A stretch of DNA of 61,264 nt, filler included, from 4 parts of 4 records of this genome joined end to end with filler, not necessarily neighbours in it; one strand, 5' to 3'. Counted from the whole stretch's first letter, positions 39,934 to 52,120 are shown. Numbers and translations are program-made. The notes: generated by a model from the sequence alone, not told the origin.

Positions 39934-41698
<1,765 letters not shown>

Positions 41699-41706
41699 TC
41701 CTACCC

Positions 41707-43017
41707 ATGACCCAAAAACCTGCATTAGTCCCAAAGGAGCTTATCCTACCCTTTATCTTAATCACATCTCTTTTTGCCCTTTGGGGCTTCGCAAATGACA
41801 TCACCAATCCCATGGTGGCTGCGTTTAAGAGAGTACTCGAACTGAATAATACCCAGGCCTCCTGGGTACAAATGGCTTTTTACGGAGGCTATTTTACAAT
41901 GGCTTTGCCAGCTGCCTTCTTTATCAAAAAATATTCTTATAAAACTGGAATCTTACTCGGTCTAGGCCTTTACGGCTTTGGAGCATTGCTATTTTATCCA
42001 GCAGCAGCTTGGGAGAGTTATGGCTTTTTCCTGGCTTCACTGTACATTTTGACCTTTGGTTTAGCTTTCCTCGAAACCACTGCCAACCCCTATATCTTGT
42101 CCATGGGACCTGAGGCAACCGCAACTCAGCGGTTGAATTTGGCACAGGCATTTAACCCAATGGGAGCTTTGGCTGGTTTATTTGTTGCGAAGCAATTTAT
42201 ATTGAATGCACTTCAATCGAATGCAACTGATGCGGACGGCAACATCATATTTTCCTCGCTTGATGAAGCTGCAAAGGCAGTGATCCGTTCGGCGGATTTG
42301 ATGGTAATTCGAAATCCTTATGTGATATTAGGCTTGGTAGTCATTGCCATTTTAGTGATCATTGCGATGGTCAAAATGCCAGAGAGCAAAGAGACAGGCA
42401 AAGTAGAATTCAAAGCTACTATGGGTCGCTTACTGAAAAACAGAAACTTCGTGGAAGGTACCCTTGCTCAAATGTTCTATGTGGGAGCTCAAATCATGGT
42501 TTGGACTTACATCTACCAATACGCAGAAGTACTTGGTATATCGAATGCCGATGCAGTTAATTATGGATATGCCGCATTGGTAATATTCTTAATCGGACGT
42601 TGGGTTTGTACCTTTTTGCTTCGCTACATCTCTCCTACTAAGTTGCTCAGCATCTTTTCTGTCCTGGCAATTATATTCACTGCTGGAGCGATTTTCCTTC
42701 CCGGAATGACAGGTTTGTATTCCTTAGTCGCTATTTCTTTTGCCATGTCCCTGATGTTTCCTACTATCTACGGGATTGCATTGGATGGCTTGGGTGAAGA
42801 CTCCAAGTTTGCGGCCGCATATCTTGTGATGGCTATCGTGGGTGGTGCGATTATGCCTACACTGCAAGGAATGATTATGGATATTGGTGGAGTCGGGTAT
42901 GACGATACATTGATTCTGGGCGTCCCAGAAGTTAACTTCTCCTTCATCCTTCCTCTTGCCTGCTTTGTGATGGTGTTGCTATTTAGTATTCGGGTAAAAA
43001 AGGTGGTAAAGTTGTAG
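41707..43017 (+). CDS. fucP: L-fucose:H+ symporter permease
   Basis: SLFALWGFA, LETTANPY, RLNLAQAFNP, YVGAQI, MSLMFPTIY. Confidence 0.9.
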   Translation: MTQKPALVPKELILPFILITSLFALWGFANDITNPMVAAFKRVLELNNTQASWVQMAFYGGYFTMALPAAFFIKKYSYKTGILLGLGLYGFGALLFYPAAAWESYGFFLASLYILTFGLAFLETTANPYILSMGPEATATQRLNLAQAFNPMGALAGLFVAKQFILNALQSNATDADGNIIFSSLDEAAKAVIRSADLMVIRNPYVILGLVVIAILVIIAMVKMPESKETGKVEFKATMGRLLKNRNFVEGTLAQMFYVGAQIMVWTYIYQYAEVLGISNADAVNYGYAALVIFLIGRWVCTFLLRYISPTKLLSIFSVLAIIFTAGAIFLPGMTGLYSLVAISFAMSLMFPTIYGIALDGLGEDSKFAAAYLVMAIVGGAIMPTLQGMIMDIGGVGYDDTLILGVPEVNFSFILPLACFVMVLLFSIRVKKVVKL

Positions 43018-43160
43018 TAATTGAAGGATTCTAAAATTGGAAAATTTGAAGATTATCCTGTCTGTATTTAAGAATCTTGTCTTGGTAAATATCGGCAGTA
43101 ACCTGTAATCCATCGACAAAAAAATAACGATTAATTATTCTGAGTAAATCTATAATAAAC

Positions 43161-43502
43161 ATGAAAACCCAAACCTATATTTTAATCTGTGATCTCAAAG
43201 ACACTGAGGAAGCTAAGTTAGGCTATGACGAATGCCACAAGGCTGTCGCACCTGAAATCATTGAAAGTATCCGGGAGGCCGGAGTATTACAAATGACCAT
43301 TTATCGCTGGGAAAACAGACTCACCATGATATTAGTGGCAGATGAGGAATTCTCATTTGAAAAGAAGGCGAAAATGGATTTGGCCAACCCACATGTGCAG
43401 GAATGGGAAAAGTTCCTAAGTAACTACCAAACCAATTTGCCTGGAACACCAGAGAACTGGAGATGGGCACCCATGGATAAAGTTTTTGATTTTCACGCCT
43501 AA
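43161..43502 (+). CDS. L-rhamnose mutarotase family (probable fucose mutarotase)
   Basis: DLKD...H..V.PEI..SIR..G...M.IY pattern, W..M..VF end; 113 aa. Confidence 0.8.
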   Translation: MKTQTYILICDLKDTEEAKLGYDECHKAVAPEIIESIREAGVLQMTIYRWENRLTMILVADEEFSFEKKAKMDLANPHVQEWEKFLSNYQTNLPGTPENWRWAPMDKVFDFHA

Positions 43503-43512
43503 AATAAAACCT

Positions 43513-44427
43513 ATGCAAAAGCCCTTTTTAGTATTCAGCCTAATTATGATAAGCATGATCGTAAATGCCCAAGAAATTATACTTCCGCTTTGGGAAGGAA
43601 CTCCGCCTCTTCAAAATGACATGGGCTTGGAAGAAAAAGCAGTCGAAGAAGGAATTATCAGAATCGAAAATGTGCAGATCCCACAGATCGAAGTTTTCCT
43701 GCCGAGTAAGCAAATGCGAACTGGCCAAGCTGTGGTCATTTTCCCTGGGGGCGGCTACCATATTTTGGCTTACGATTGGGAAGGAAGAGACTTTGCCAAA
43801 TGGCTTAATACGCAGGGAATTGTAGGAATCGTAGTAAAATACAGACTTCCAGACTCCAAATCTCTCACAGATGCGAAAGAAGTTCCGCTACTTGATGCGC
43901 AGCGGGCAGTTCGCTTGGCTAGACATCATGCCGCAGAATGGATGATTGATCCAGCAAATATTGGAGTTTTAGGGTTTTCCGCTGGTGGACACTTGGCTTC
44001 TACCGTTAGCACTCAGTATGAACATGAAGTCGATAGACCAAAAGACGCGATTGATGCACTTTCTGCTCGTCCAGATTTTTCGATCTTAGCCTATCCAGTG
44101 ATCTCATTCCGAGATGCCAGCGCGCATTCTGGTTCCAGAAGAAATCTAATTGGTGAAAATGCCAATCAGGAATTGATCGATCGTTTTTCGGGTGAATTGA
44201 ATGTAACTGCTGAAACACCACCAACCTTCTTGGTACATGCGCAAGACGACGCTGGGGTTCCTATTGAAAACAGTTTCCTTTACTACAATGCACTCCATGC
44301 GCACAAAGTACCAGCATCGCTGCATATCTACCCCAAAGGCGGTCATGGCTTCGGTTTTGCCTTAGGAAAAGGACCTGTTGACGGCTGGAGAGATGTGTTG
44401 TTGGATTGGCTTACTGATCTTAAATAA
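43513..44427 (+). CDS. Exported alpha/beta hydrolase (carbohydrate esterase-like)
   Basis: Signal peptide; PGGGY, GFSAGGHLA nucleophile, PPTFLVHAQDD, GGHGFG. Confidence 0.88.
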   Translation: MQKPFLVFSLIMISMIVNAQEIILPLWEGTPPLQNDMGLEEKAVEEGIIRIENVQIPQIEVFLPSKQMRTGQAVVIFPGGGYHILAYDWEGRDFAKWLNTQGIVGIVVKYRLPDSKSLTDAKEVPLLDAQRAVRLARHHAAEWMIDPANIGVLGFSAGGHLASTVSTQYEHEVDRPKDAIDALSARPDFSILAYPVISFRDASAHSGSRRNLIGENANQELIDRFSGELNVTAETPPTFLVHAQDDAGVPIENSFLYYNALHAHKVPASLHIYPKGGHGFGFALGKGPVDGWRDVLLDWLTDLK

Positions 44428-44430
44428 AAT

Positions 44431-44577
44431 AGTTGGAAAGTGGTAAAGTTGTAAAGTTGGTCTGTCCAGACTGAGTGGAGACTAAGTCCTATCAAAATAG
44501 CTTCTTAATTACCCTTCGACTCCGCTCAGGGAGACAACATCCTACTTCTTACTACTTCACTTTACCACTTTCCAACT
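44431..44577. repeat. Nested inverted repeats: perfect 19-bp outer arms enclosing a REP-like pair
   Basis: AGTTGGAAAGTGGTAAAGT (44431-44449) / ACTTTACCACTTTCCAACT (44559-44577); inner CTGAGTGGAGACTAAG (44471-44486) versus CTTCGACTCCGCTCAG (44514-44529). Confidence 0.8.
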
Positions 44578-44616
44578 TCTGAACCTTACTGTTCATTAAT
44601 CTTACAATCTGAATAA

Positions 44617-45306
44617 ATGATAAAAGTTATAGCCTTTGATGCGGATGATACACTTTGGGTGAATGAGCCATTTTTCCGTGAAGCTGAGGAGGAATTTGCC
44701 AGCTTGATGGAAAGTTTTATGCCTAGGCACAGCAGTATCAAAGAGCTTTACCTTACAGAAATCGGAAACTTAGGTCTTTACGGCTACGGGATCAAAGGTT
44801 TTATGCTCTCGATGATCCAAACAGCATTACGGATTTCAGAACACAAAATTCCAGTTAAAGCCATTGACAAAATCTTTGAGATCGGATATGAAATGATGCA
44901 AAAGCCAGTTGAAATTCTCCCAGGTGTTGAGGAAGTTTTAGCTGAATTGCAGGGTGAGTATCGCCTGGTAATGGCTACCAAAGGTGATCTGGTGGATCAG
45001 GAGAAAAAGCTAAAGAAATCAGGCCTGGACCATTATTTCCATCACATAGAAATCATGAGCGAAAAGAAGGTGGCTGATTTCGCCAAACTCGTCCGACATC
45101 TTGATGTAGCACCTGAGGAATTTCTGATGATGGGAAACAGCTTGAAATCTGATGTCCTACCGGTATTGGAACTTGGAGGTCATGCCATTCATATCCCCTA
45201 TCACATCACTTGGGAGCACGAGCGTATCGAGCACGAAGTCGAACATGACAATTTCTATCAGGCCAAGCATATCGCCCAGGTGGTGGAGATGATCAAAGCG
45301 ATGTGA
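44617..45306 (+). CDS. HAD family hydrolase
   Basis: FDADDTLW, TKGD, GNSLKSD. Confidence 0.9.
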   Translation: MIKVIAFDADDTLWVNEPFFREAEEEFASLMESFMPRHSSIKELYLTEIGNLGLYGYGIKGFMLSMIQTALRISEHKIPVKAIDKIFEIGYEMMQKPVEILPGVEEVLAELQGEYRLVMATKGDLVDQEKKLKKSGLDHYFHHIEIMSEKKVADFAKLVRHLDVAPEEFLMMGNSLKSDVLPVLELGGHAIHIPYHITWEHERIEHEVEHDNFYQAKHIAQVVEMIKAM

Positions 45307-45365
45307 GGATTTTGAATTATTGATTTCGGGTTTAGGGTCTTAGGCTGCCCTCATCCGAAATCCTG

Positions 45366-47111
45366 CTATATCCTCGACTGATACGTATAAAGCTGATAAT
45401 ATCTTCCTTCCAGAGCAATAAGCTCATCATGTTGGCCACGCTCTACGATATTACCTTTTTCTACTACCAAGATCTGATCGGCCTGACGAATCGTGCTCAA
45501 TCGGTGAGCAATCACGAATGTGGTCCTGCCCTTCATCAATTCCTTCAAGCTAGCCTGAATCAGCGTTTCTGATTCTGTATCCAAATTGGAGGTAGCCTCA
45601 TCAAGAATCAAAATCCTAGGATCGGCCAAAATCGCTCTGGCAATAGCTATACGTTGTCTTTGTCCACCTGAGAGCTTTACACCTCTTTCACCGATTAAGG
45701 TATCTAGCCCATCCTCAAATCGATCCGTGAACTCCTGCACGTGGGCAGCCACCACTGCTTTTTGCAAATCTTCAAGACTGGCATTTGGCCTTGGGAAAAG
45801 TATATTCTCTCGGATTGTCCCTTCAAACAGAAAATCATCTTGCAAGACCACGCCTAGCCTGGAGCGAAAAGACTCTAAAGTTACAGTCTGCAGATCATAT
45901 CCATCCAAGGTGATTTTGCCTGAATCAGGATTTAAAAAAGTTGCAGCAAGACCAGCTATGGTTGTTTTTCCAGAACCTGAAGTTCCCACCAAAGCTGTCA
46001 CCGAACCTGCAGGTGCATGAAAGTTTACCCCCTTGATCACTTCCTTATCTTCCTCATAGGCAAAGGACACGTTCTCAAATTTTATATCTCCTTTGACCTC
46101 CTTCAAGGCTAAAGTTCTGGTACGATCATCAGCCTCGAGTGGTGTATTCATGATTTCCTCCGTACGATCCAATCCAGCAAAAGCCTCGGTAAGCTGAGAG
46201 CCAATATTGGACATCTGCACAATCGGTGCGATCATAAAACCTAGATATAGTGTGAAAGCAAGAAAATCACCGAAGGTCATCTCGCCTTGCATAATCATAT
46301 AACCACCCATTCCCATAATTCCAGCGGATGCCAAACCTAATAGCAAAGCTCCCATCGAGGTCACAAAACTTGTTGCGGTCAAACTCGCCTTTACATTCTG
46401 GAAAAGCTCATCGACCCCGCTGGCAAAAGTCTTAATCTCCTGCTCCTCTGCATTGAATCCTTTGATCACCCGAATACCTCCCAGCGTCTCAGTAAGTCTG
46501 CCGGTTACTTGCGCATTGATCTTACCGCGTTCGCGAAAAATAGGACGAATTCTACCGAAAGCCTTTAAGGAAACTAAGCCAAATACTACCACTGGAAGTA
46601 GGACAAACAAGGTCATTTTTGGGCTAATGCTGATCAATAGGAAAAGTGAAACAATAGAGGTCAAAATTCCGCCAATCATCTGTGCAAAGCCTGTTCCTAC
46701 CAGGTTTCTAACTCCTTCCACATCCGTCATGATTCGGGATACTAGCTCTCCTGTTTTCGCATTGTCAAAGAAGCGAATAGGTAGTTTGATGATATGTGCC
46801 TGAACCTGAGATCTCAACTTAGAAATCAAATTCTGGGCTTCTACACTTAGTATTTGCGTGAGTGCATAGGAAGTCGCCGACTGCACTACGATAGCCAAGA
46901 CTACTCCGCCGATCAGCCATTTCAACATGGTCATATCATTGGAAGGAATGACATCATCGATCAGGATTTTACTTGCTCCAGGCAGCACTAAACTGGCCAG
47001 ACGGGAGATGATAATTAAAAAGAGACCTAAAAATAAATGCTTTCTTCTGGGCCATATAATGGTCTTAAAGACCTGACCCATGGTCACTTTACGCTCTGCT
47101 TTTTTTGCCAT
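45366..47111 (-). CDS. ABC exporter, fused permease/ATPase (MsbA/MdlB-like)
   Basis: TM domain, GTSGSGKTT, LSGGQRQR, LDEATSNLD, IAHRLSTI. Confidence 0.93.
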   Translation of the reverse strand: MAKKAERKVTMGQVFKTIIWPRRKHLFLGLFLIIISRLASLVLPGASKILIDDVIPSNDMTMLKWLIGGVVLAIVVQSATSYALTQILSVEAQNLISKLRSQVQAHIIKLPIRFFDNAKTGELVSRIMTDVEGVRNLVGTGFAQMIGGILTSIVSLFLLISISPKMTLFVLLPVVVFGLVSLKAFGRIRPIFRERGKINAQVTGRLTETLGGIRVIKGFNAEEQEIKTFASGVDELFQNVKASLTATSFVTSMGALLLGLASAGIMGMGGYMIMQGEMTFGDFLAFTLYLGFMIAPIVQMSNIGSQLTEAFAGLDRTEEIMNTPLEADDRTRTLALKEVKGDIKFENVSFAYEEDKEVIKGVNFHAPAGSVTALVGTSGSGKTTIAGLAATFLNPDSGKITLDGYDLQTVTLESFRSRLGVVLQDDFLFEGTIRENILFPRPNASLEDLQKAVVAAHVQEFTDRFEDGLDTLIGERGVKLSGGQRQRIAIARAILADPRILILDEATSNLDTESETLIQASLKELMKGRTTFVIAHRLSTIRQADQILVVEKGNIVERGQHDELIALEGRYYQLYTYQSRI

Positions 47112-47217
47112 GAAATAGTGTGTTAAGCCTGAAAAACCCATTAAACCCCTACTCAGTTCCAAATCGAAAGGAACTTAAGCTGTAAAAAGGCCATAATGCC
47201 CCTTGAGATACCCTTCC

Positions 47218-47997
47218 CTATTCCATTTTTTCGCTTAAATACTTCCAGTATCTTTTGGGAACATGCTGGATATGGAGCTTCATATTTTTACGGGATGGGA
47301 TATTCGTACTTTTAAAATAGTCATGCCATAAGGTTTGAAATTCTAATTCCTCAGCTGCAAAATATTCAGAGGAGCTTTGTGTGGCATTAAAATTCTCTGG
47401 TAATGTTAATTGTATGATATCAACTGTTTCCAGATTATAATAAATTCCATATTCACGTTGAAGATCATAAATAACCCATTGTTGGTCTGCATATCGGCTC
47501 TTGAAATGCTTAGAAATAAGAGGTAAGACATTGAAATCCGGTTCAATAGTAGCAAAGTAAAACCCATCTTTTGTCAGGCGAAATCGGACAAAAGCTTCCA
47601 TTCTATGCTTTTCTCTACCTACACTCTTGGCGATCTGCGTCACTTTCAGCACATCATCATTCCCAAAATCTGAATCTATCTGAATCTCACTTTTGAACAA
47701 ATACTGAATATATCGCAATAAGAGATTTTCCACCTCTGGCTTTTCACTTAGAAAAGCATAATATATACGTGATTTGCCCGTTGCAGAGGATTTTTTCGAA
47801 ATACCTTTCCATACTCGATCTGCTTTTAAAGGATCAGTCAGCACCTCTTTGATCGTCCCGAACAAAGAGTTCTGCGCAAAACCTTTTCTAAATATAGAAA
47901 CCTGCTGTAATTTCAATTCAAACACCTCAAACACCGAGGTTAAAAACCCATCGAAACTACCGTCATAAACCAGTATAACATCCTGAGCATTTACCAT
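47218..47997 (-). CDS. TIGR03915 family putative DNA repair protein (DUF4130)
   Basis: YDGSFDGFLT, REKHRMEAFVRF, HFKSRYADQQWVIYD, PKRYWKYLSE. Confidence 0.9.
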   Translation of the reverse strand: MVNAQDVILVYDGSFDGFLTSVFEVFELKLQQVSIFRKGFAQNSLFGTIKEVLTDPLKADRVWKGISKKSSATGKSRIYYAFLSEKPEVENLLLRYIQYLFKSEIQIDSDFGNDDVLKVTQIAKSVGREKHRMEAFVRFRLTKDGFYFATIEPDFNVLPLISKHFKSRYADQQWVIYDLQREYGIYYNLETVDIIQLTLPENFNATQSSSEYFAAEELEFQTLWHDYFKSTNIPSRKNMKLHIQHVPKRYWKYLSEKME

Positions 47998-49260
47998 TTA
48001 CCCGAACAAATTCATCTGTGGACTCAGGATTTTTTGATACTTACTGGTCGAATTTTGCAGAATAAGCGACTTCAATTGAGCCCCTGTCAAATCCCGGCGT
48101 TCAAAATCATTGGATGCACAAACAAGAAAATACTTAGCTCTATTGAGTGCCACTCCCATCCGCTGCAAGTGCTCCCAATTTAAGCTTCGAAAACGTCTTG
48201 CTTGAATGATTTTGTGGACTGACTTCATACCCAAACCGGGAATTCTTGCCAGCATATGTTTATCTGCTTTATTGACATCAACAGGGAAATGCCCCAAATT
48301 CCTGAGAGCCCAACCTAATTTTGGATCTACATCCAGATCCAGGTTTGGATGCTCATTATTCAGTATCTCGTGTACATCAAACCCATAAAACCGCATTAAC
48401 CAATCCGTCTGATACAACCTATTTTCCCGTAGCATAGGTACCGCGGTACCTAGTTGCGGAAGGCGGTTGTCATTGCTGATAGGAATATATCCTGAGTAAA
48501 ACACGCGCTTCAATTCAAACTTTTTGTAGAAGTAATCTGATGTCCACATGATTTGCTGATCGCTTTCACCACTGGCACCGATGATCATCTGCGTGCTTTG
48601 CCCAGCCGGCGCAAACTTAGGCGTGCTTTTAATAAGTTTCTTTTCTGAGTTGTACTGAATGATTTCATTCTTCACCTTAATCATTGGCTTGATGAAATCT
48701 TCGCGATTTTTATCTGGAGCAAGTAATTTCAAACCTTCCTTAGTAGGTATCTCAATATTCACACTTAGGCGATCGGCATACAAACCAGCTTCTTTCATCA
48801 ATTCATCCGAAGCTCCAGGAATTGATTTGAGGTGAATATATCCGTTAAAATTCTCTTCTAATCTCAACTTTTTGGCGACAGCCACCAGTCGCTCCATGGT
48901 GTAATCAGCACTTTTGAAAATCCCCGAACTCAGGAATAAGCCCTCTATGTAATTGCGGCGATAAAAATTAATGGTCAGATCCACCACTTCCTGCACCTGA
49001 AAAGCAGCCCGCTTAATATCATTGCTTTTTCTGGTCACACAGTAAGCACAATCGAAAATGCAGTGATTGGTCAGCAGAATTTTCAATAAAGAAACGCATC
49101 GCCCATCTTCGGTATATGAGTGACAGATTCCCATACCCGTAGCATCTCCAAGCCCCTTAGTTGCATTGCTTCTATTGCTCCCACTTGAAGAACAAGAGAC
49201 GTCGTATTTTGCAGCGTCAGCGAGTATTTTTAATTTTTCTTGTGTGCGTTCAAAGGACAT
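47998..49260 (-). CDS. TIGR03916 family putative DNA modification/repair radical SAM protein
   Basis: ADAAKYDVSC, CIFDCAYC (CxxxCxxC), PAGQSTQM, RENRLYQ, HhH-like RIPGLG. Confidence 0.93.
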   Translation of the reverse strand: MSFERTQEKLKILADAAKYDVSCSSSGSNRSNATKGLGDATGMGICHSYTEDGRCVSLLKILLTNHCIFDCAYCVTRKSNDIKRAAFQVQEVVDLTINFYRRNYIEGLFLSSGIFKSADYTMERLVAVAKKLRLEENFNGYIHLKSIPGASDELMKEAGLYADRLSVNIEIPTKEGLKLLAPDKNREDFIKPMIKVKNEIIQYNSEKKLIKSTPKFAPAGQSTQMIIGASGESDQQIMWTSDYFYKKFELKRVFYSGYIPISNDNRLPQLGTAVPMLRENRLYQTDWLMRFYGFDVHEILNNEHPNLDLDVDPKLGWALRNLGHFPVDVNKADKHMLARIPGLGMKSVHKIIQARRFRSLNWEHLQRMGVALNRAKYFLVCASNDFERRDLTGAQLKSLILQNSTSKYQKILSPQMNLFG

Positions 49261-49799
49261 AGGCCGAACTTATCAAATATGAATGGGGAATGAATTAATT
49301 AACACTTCACCAGTGGGACGCTGCGAAAATTGCTGTAATGGGTTGATAAGCTTAAGCAATAGTATGCAGCTACGAAATTGTGTAAAATCACATTGCATAG
49401 CACAACCTTCTCTCTCTAGCGTATTCTAAATCCGAATTGTTAAAACGAGAGGCTTGTGTTTTTGGTTCTTGCATTCCATCGCCTCACTCATGTTTTTTAA
49501 GCTTATATAGAGCGTACTATGACATAGATTGTCAGACTTCGGATTTAGTCAAGTCTACTCCTTAAAATGAGTCATTGAAAAATACAATTAGGAGCATCTA
49601 CTTCTTTGCCAGTGATTTAATTTTGGTTCGGAAGGCTCCACTTCCCATCTGTCAAATCAGCTACGAACTTCAATTAGTCAACTACTATAATTGGGAACAA
49701 TCCAATGCGTATTATATGTGTGAAGGGCAAATTGGCTACCCCAGAGCTAAAAAAAATTAGGTATTATTGTTCTATAATTTTAAATCAAAAAAACACCTA

Positions 49800-50825
49800 A
49801 TGATCCGCCGCTCATTTTTTAAAAAAAGCACCACAGCCTTAATGGGACTTGGACTGTCCACAACATCCTTTGCTACTACCAAAGAAAAGAACCCAAGCGA
49901 ACCGATTAAGACAGCACTTACTATAGACCAGCAAAAAGTAAGCTTTTATGCTGAGCAAATCTCTGAGTCGCTTAGGGTAGTTCATATTGCCGACACACAT
50001 CTATTTACCGATGATGAAAGAGGGATTCCCTACCAAGAATATAGTAATCGAATGGCAAAGGCTTATAACCAAACCACTCACTTTCAAACAGGTATAAAAA
50101 CTAATCCAGAGGAATCCTTCGAACAAACGCTGGCCTTTGCAAAAGAGGTGAATGCAGATGCAATAATTTTGAATGGGGATATTTTCAGTTTCCCCTCTGA
50201 AGCAGCCATAGAATGGGTGCTATCTAAAATAAAGGAAACCGGCATCCCCTACATTTACAGCGCAGGCAACCATGATTGGCATTATGAAGGAATGGAAGGT
50301 TCCATGGAGTCTTTGCGGGACAGTTGGATTGAGAAGCGGCTATTACCCTTATATCAAGGCAATAACCCCTTAATGTCTGCTTATGAGATTAAAGGAATAC
50401 GATTTTTGGCGATTGACAATTCTACCTACCAAATCAATGAGCAACAGTTGGCCTTTTTTAGAGAACAAGTTGCCAGTAAAATGCCCTTGGTTTTACTTGT
50501 TCACATTCCGATGTATGCTCCAGGAAAAATGATTTGTTTTGGTTGTGGCAACCCTAACTGGGGAGCTGCCACGGATCGCAATTTTGAAATAGAAAGGCGC
50601 CCCAAATGGCCTGAAGGTGGACATACCCAAACGACATTTAATTTTCACAAGGAAGTATTTAATGCACCAAACCTATTAGGCGTCTTTGCAGGACATACCC
50701 ATCAAAATTCGGTAGAACTAATCAATGGAAAACCCCAACTAGTGAGCGATGATAATGCGAGTGGAGGTTATTTAGATATCAACTTTAAACCTATGGAAGA
50801 GCATGATAGAAAGGTACTGGGATAG
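49800..50825 (+). CDS. Metallophosphoesterase with twin-arginine signal peptide
   Basis: RRSFFK; DTH, GD, GNHD and GHTH motifs. Confidence 0.88.
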   Translation: MIRRSFFKKSTTALMGLGLSTTSFATTKEKNPSEPIKTALTIDQQKVSFYAEQISESLRVVHIADTHLFTDDERGIPYQEYSNRMAKAYNQTTHFQTGIKTNPEESFEQTLAFAKEVNADAIILNGDIFSFPSEAAIEWVLSKIKETGIPYIYSAGNHDWHYEGMEGSMESLRDSWIEKRLLPLYQGNNPLMSAYEIKGIRFLAIDNSTYQINEQQLAFFREQVASKMPLVLLVHIPMYAPGKMICFGCGNPNWGAATDRNFEIERRPKWPEGGHTQTTFNFHKEVFNAPNLLGVFAGHTHQNSVELINGKPQLVSDDNASGGYLDINFKPMEEHDRKVLG

Positions 50826-51112
50826 CTGAAGCTAATGCTGTCAACCTGCGTAAACAAAAAACCGAAAGCTATTAAAATTCATCCATTCACCTTCTGGAAA
50901 AACACAAAAACACCTATTAGTAGCGGTCTGCAGAGGTATCAGATAGCGAGAGTAAATCAGGATTAGGAAAGTCCTAAACCAGTCCGTTCAAAATTAGAAA
51001 TTATTGCGTATAGGATTGGAAAACTTTGCGACGTTCAGGAGCGACAAAGATATTTTCAAGTCATTCCAATTTATATGAAATTCAAACTAATTAGAGGAGA
51101 GCATAAAATAAA

Positions 51113-51520
51113 ATGGAGCATAAAAATAATAAATCGGATGCCATTATCTTAAAAGCGGGCGAAGGCAGAACGTATAACTGCGGGTCAATGACGGCTGTAT
51201 TTAAGGTAGATGAAAACGAAAGTGATGACAAATACAGTATTTCGGAATGGTGGCTTGAACCAAAATCTGATGGACCTGGTGCTCACCAACACGAGGACAA
51301 TGATGAAGTGTTTTATGGAATTGAAGGAACAACCTCCATACTCGTTGGAAACAAATGGGTAGATGTCGAAAAAGGAACTTTTTTAAGAATACCGGCAAAA
51401 ACTATTCACGACTTTGCAAACAAGACAACAGAAATGTGTGGAGTTCTTAACTTCTTTATCCCGGGTGGTTTTGAGAGAAATATGCCTTCAATTGTCAAGT
51501 GGTTTGAAAAAAATAAATAA
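51113..51520 (+). CDS. Cupin domain protein
   Basis: HQHEDNDEVFYGIEG and IPAKTIHDF cupin motifs. Confidence 0.88.
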   Translation: MEHKNNKSDAIILKAGEGRTYNCGSMTAVFKVDENESDDKYSISEWWLEPKSDGPGAHQHEDNDEVFYGIEGTTSILVGNKWVDVEKGTFLRIPAKTIHDFANKTTEMCGVLNFFIPGGFERNMPSIVKWFEKNK

Positions 51521-51533
51521 ACAACAACCCGCT

Positions 51534-51895
51534 AGTCTATTGAACGGTCTTAAGTCATAAGCCCACCGTGCGTCTCTCACATCACCCTACAATGGCCTTC
51601 CCGAAGAATTAGGACAGGTAGTATATGCTGGTTCACTGAATCTCAGGTTTTAATTTAGAGTAATAGTACAACATACTTTGATAGCCTTTTTTTCTCAGTC
51701 CAAAGAGTGTAATTGTTGTTACCAGTATTCGACTTTTAGCTAATACCCATCCTCCTTTTCAGCCTTCTCACATCTTGGCTCTTCCGCTAAAAATGTTCTA
51801 AGGGACATATTCTTAACGGTAAGCCTTTCCATGCTTAAGCATAGTTTTGGTCCACTCCCAGTCTAATTAGATTTTTACGTTTTCGCTCAGGCTTT
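51534..51895 (-). mobile_element. Decayed group II intron 3' end (maturase C-terminus plus degenerate domains V/VI)
   Basis: Minus strand reads KPERKRKNLIRLGVDQNYA*AW, an interrupting segment, then GGWVLAKSRILVTTITLFGLRKKGYQSMLYYY...* (51633-51755); followed by GAACCAGCATATAC...GTAGGGTGATGTGAGAGACGCAC, resembling the DV/DVI consensus GAACCGCCGTATAC...GTACGGTGGTGTGAGAGG. Confidence 0.75.
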
Positions 51896-51995
51896 NNNNN
51901 NNNNNNNNNNNNNNNNNNNNNNNNNNNNNNNNNNNNNNNTTAATTAATTAANNNNNNNNNNNNNNNNNNNNNNNNNNNNNNNNNNNNNNNNNNNN
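51896..51995. other. Artificial contig linker
   Basis: N-run with TTAATTAATTAA at 51940-51951. Confidence 0.98.
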
Positions 51996-52120
51996 CACCA
52001 GAAACAGCCCCCCGCCAACACCAGCCGGGACTCACCGGCCGCTTCAAGCAGATCCTGTTCAGGGTCCGGGAAACGACTCCTGGGAACACTCAGGCCGGGC
52101 AGATTACATGCATCGGTCAT
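51996..52120 (-). CDS. msrA: Peptide methionine sulfoxide reductase A, 5' fragment
   Basis: MTDACNLPG...RLVLAGGCFW running into the contig edge; GGAG RBS upstream. Confidence 0.82.
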
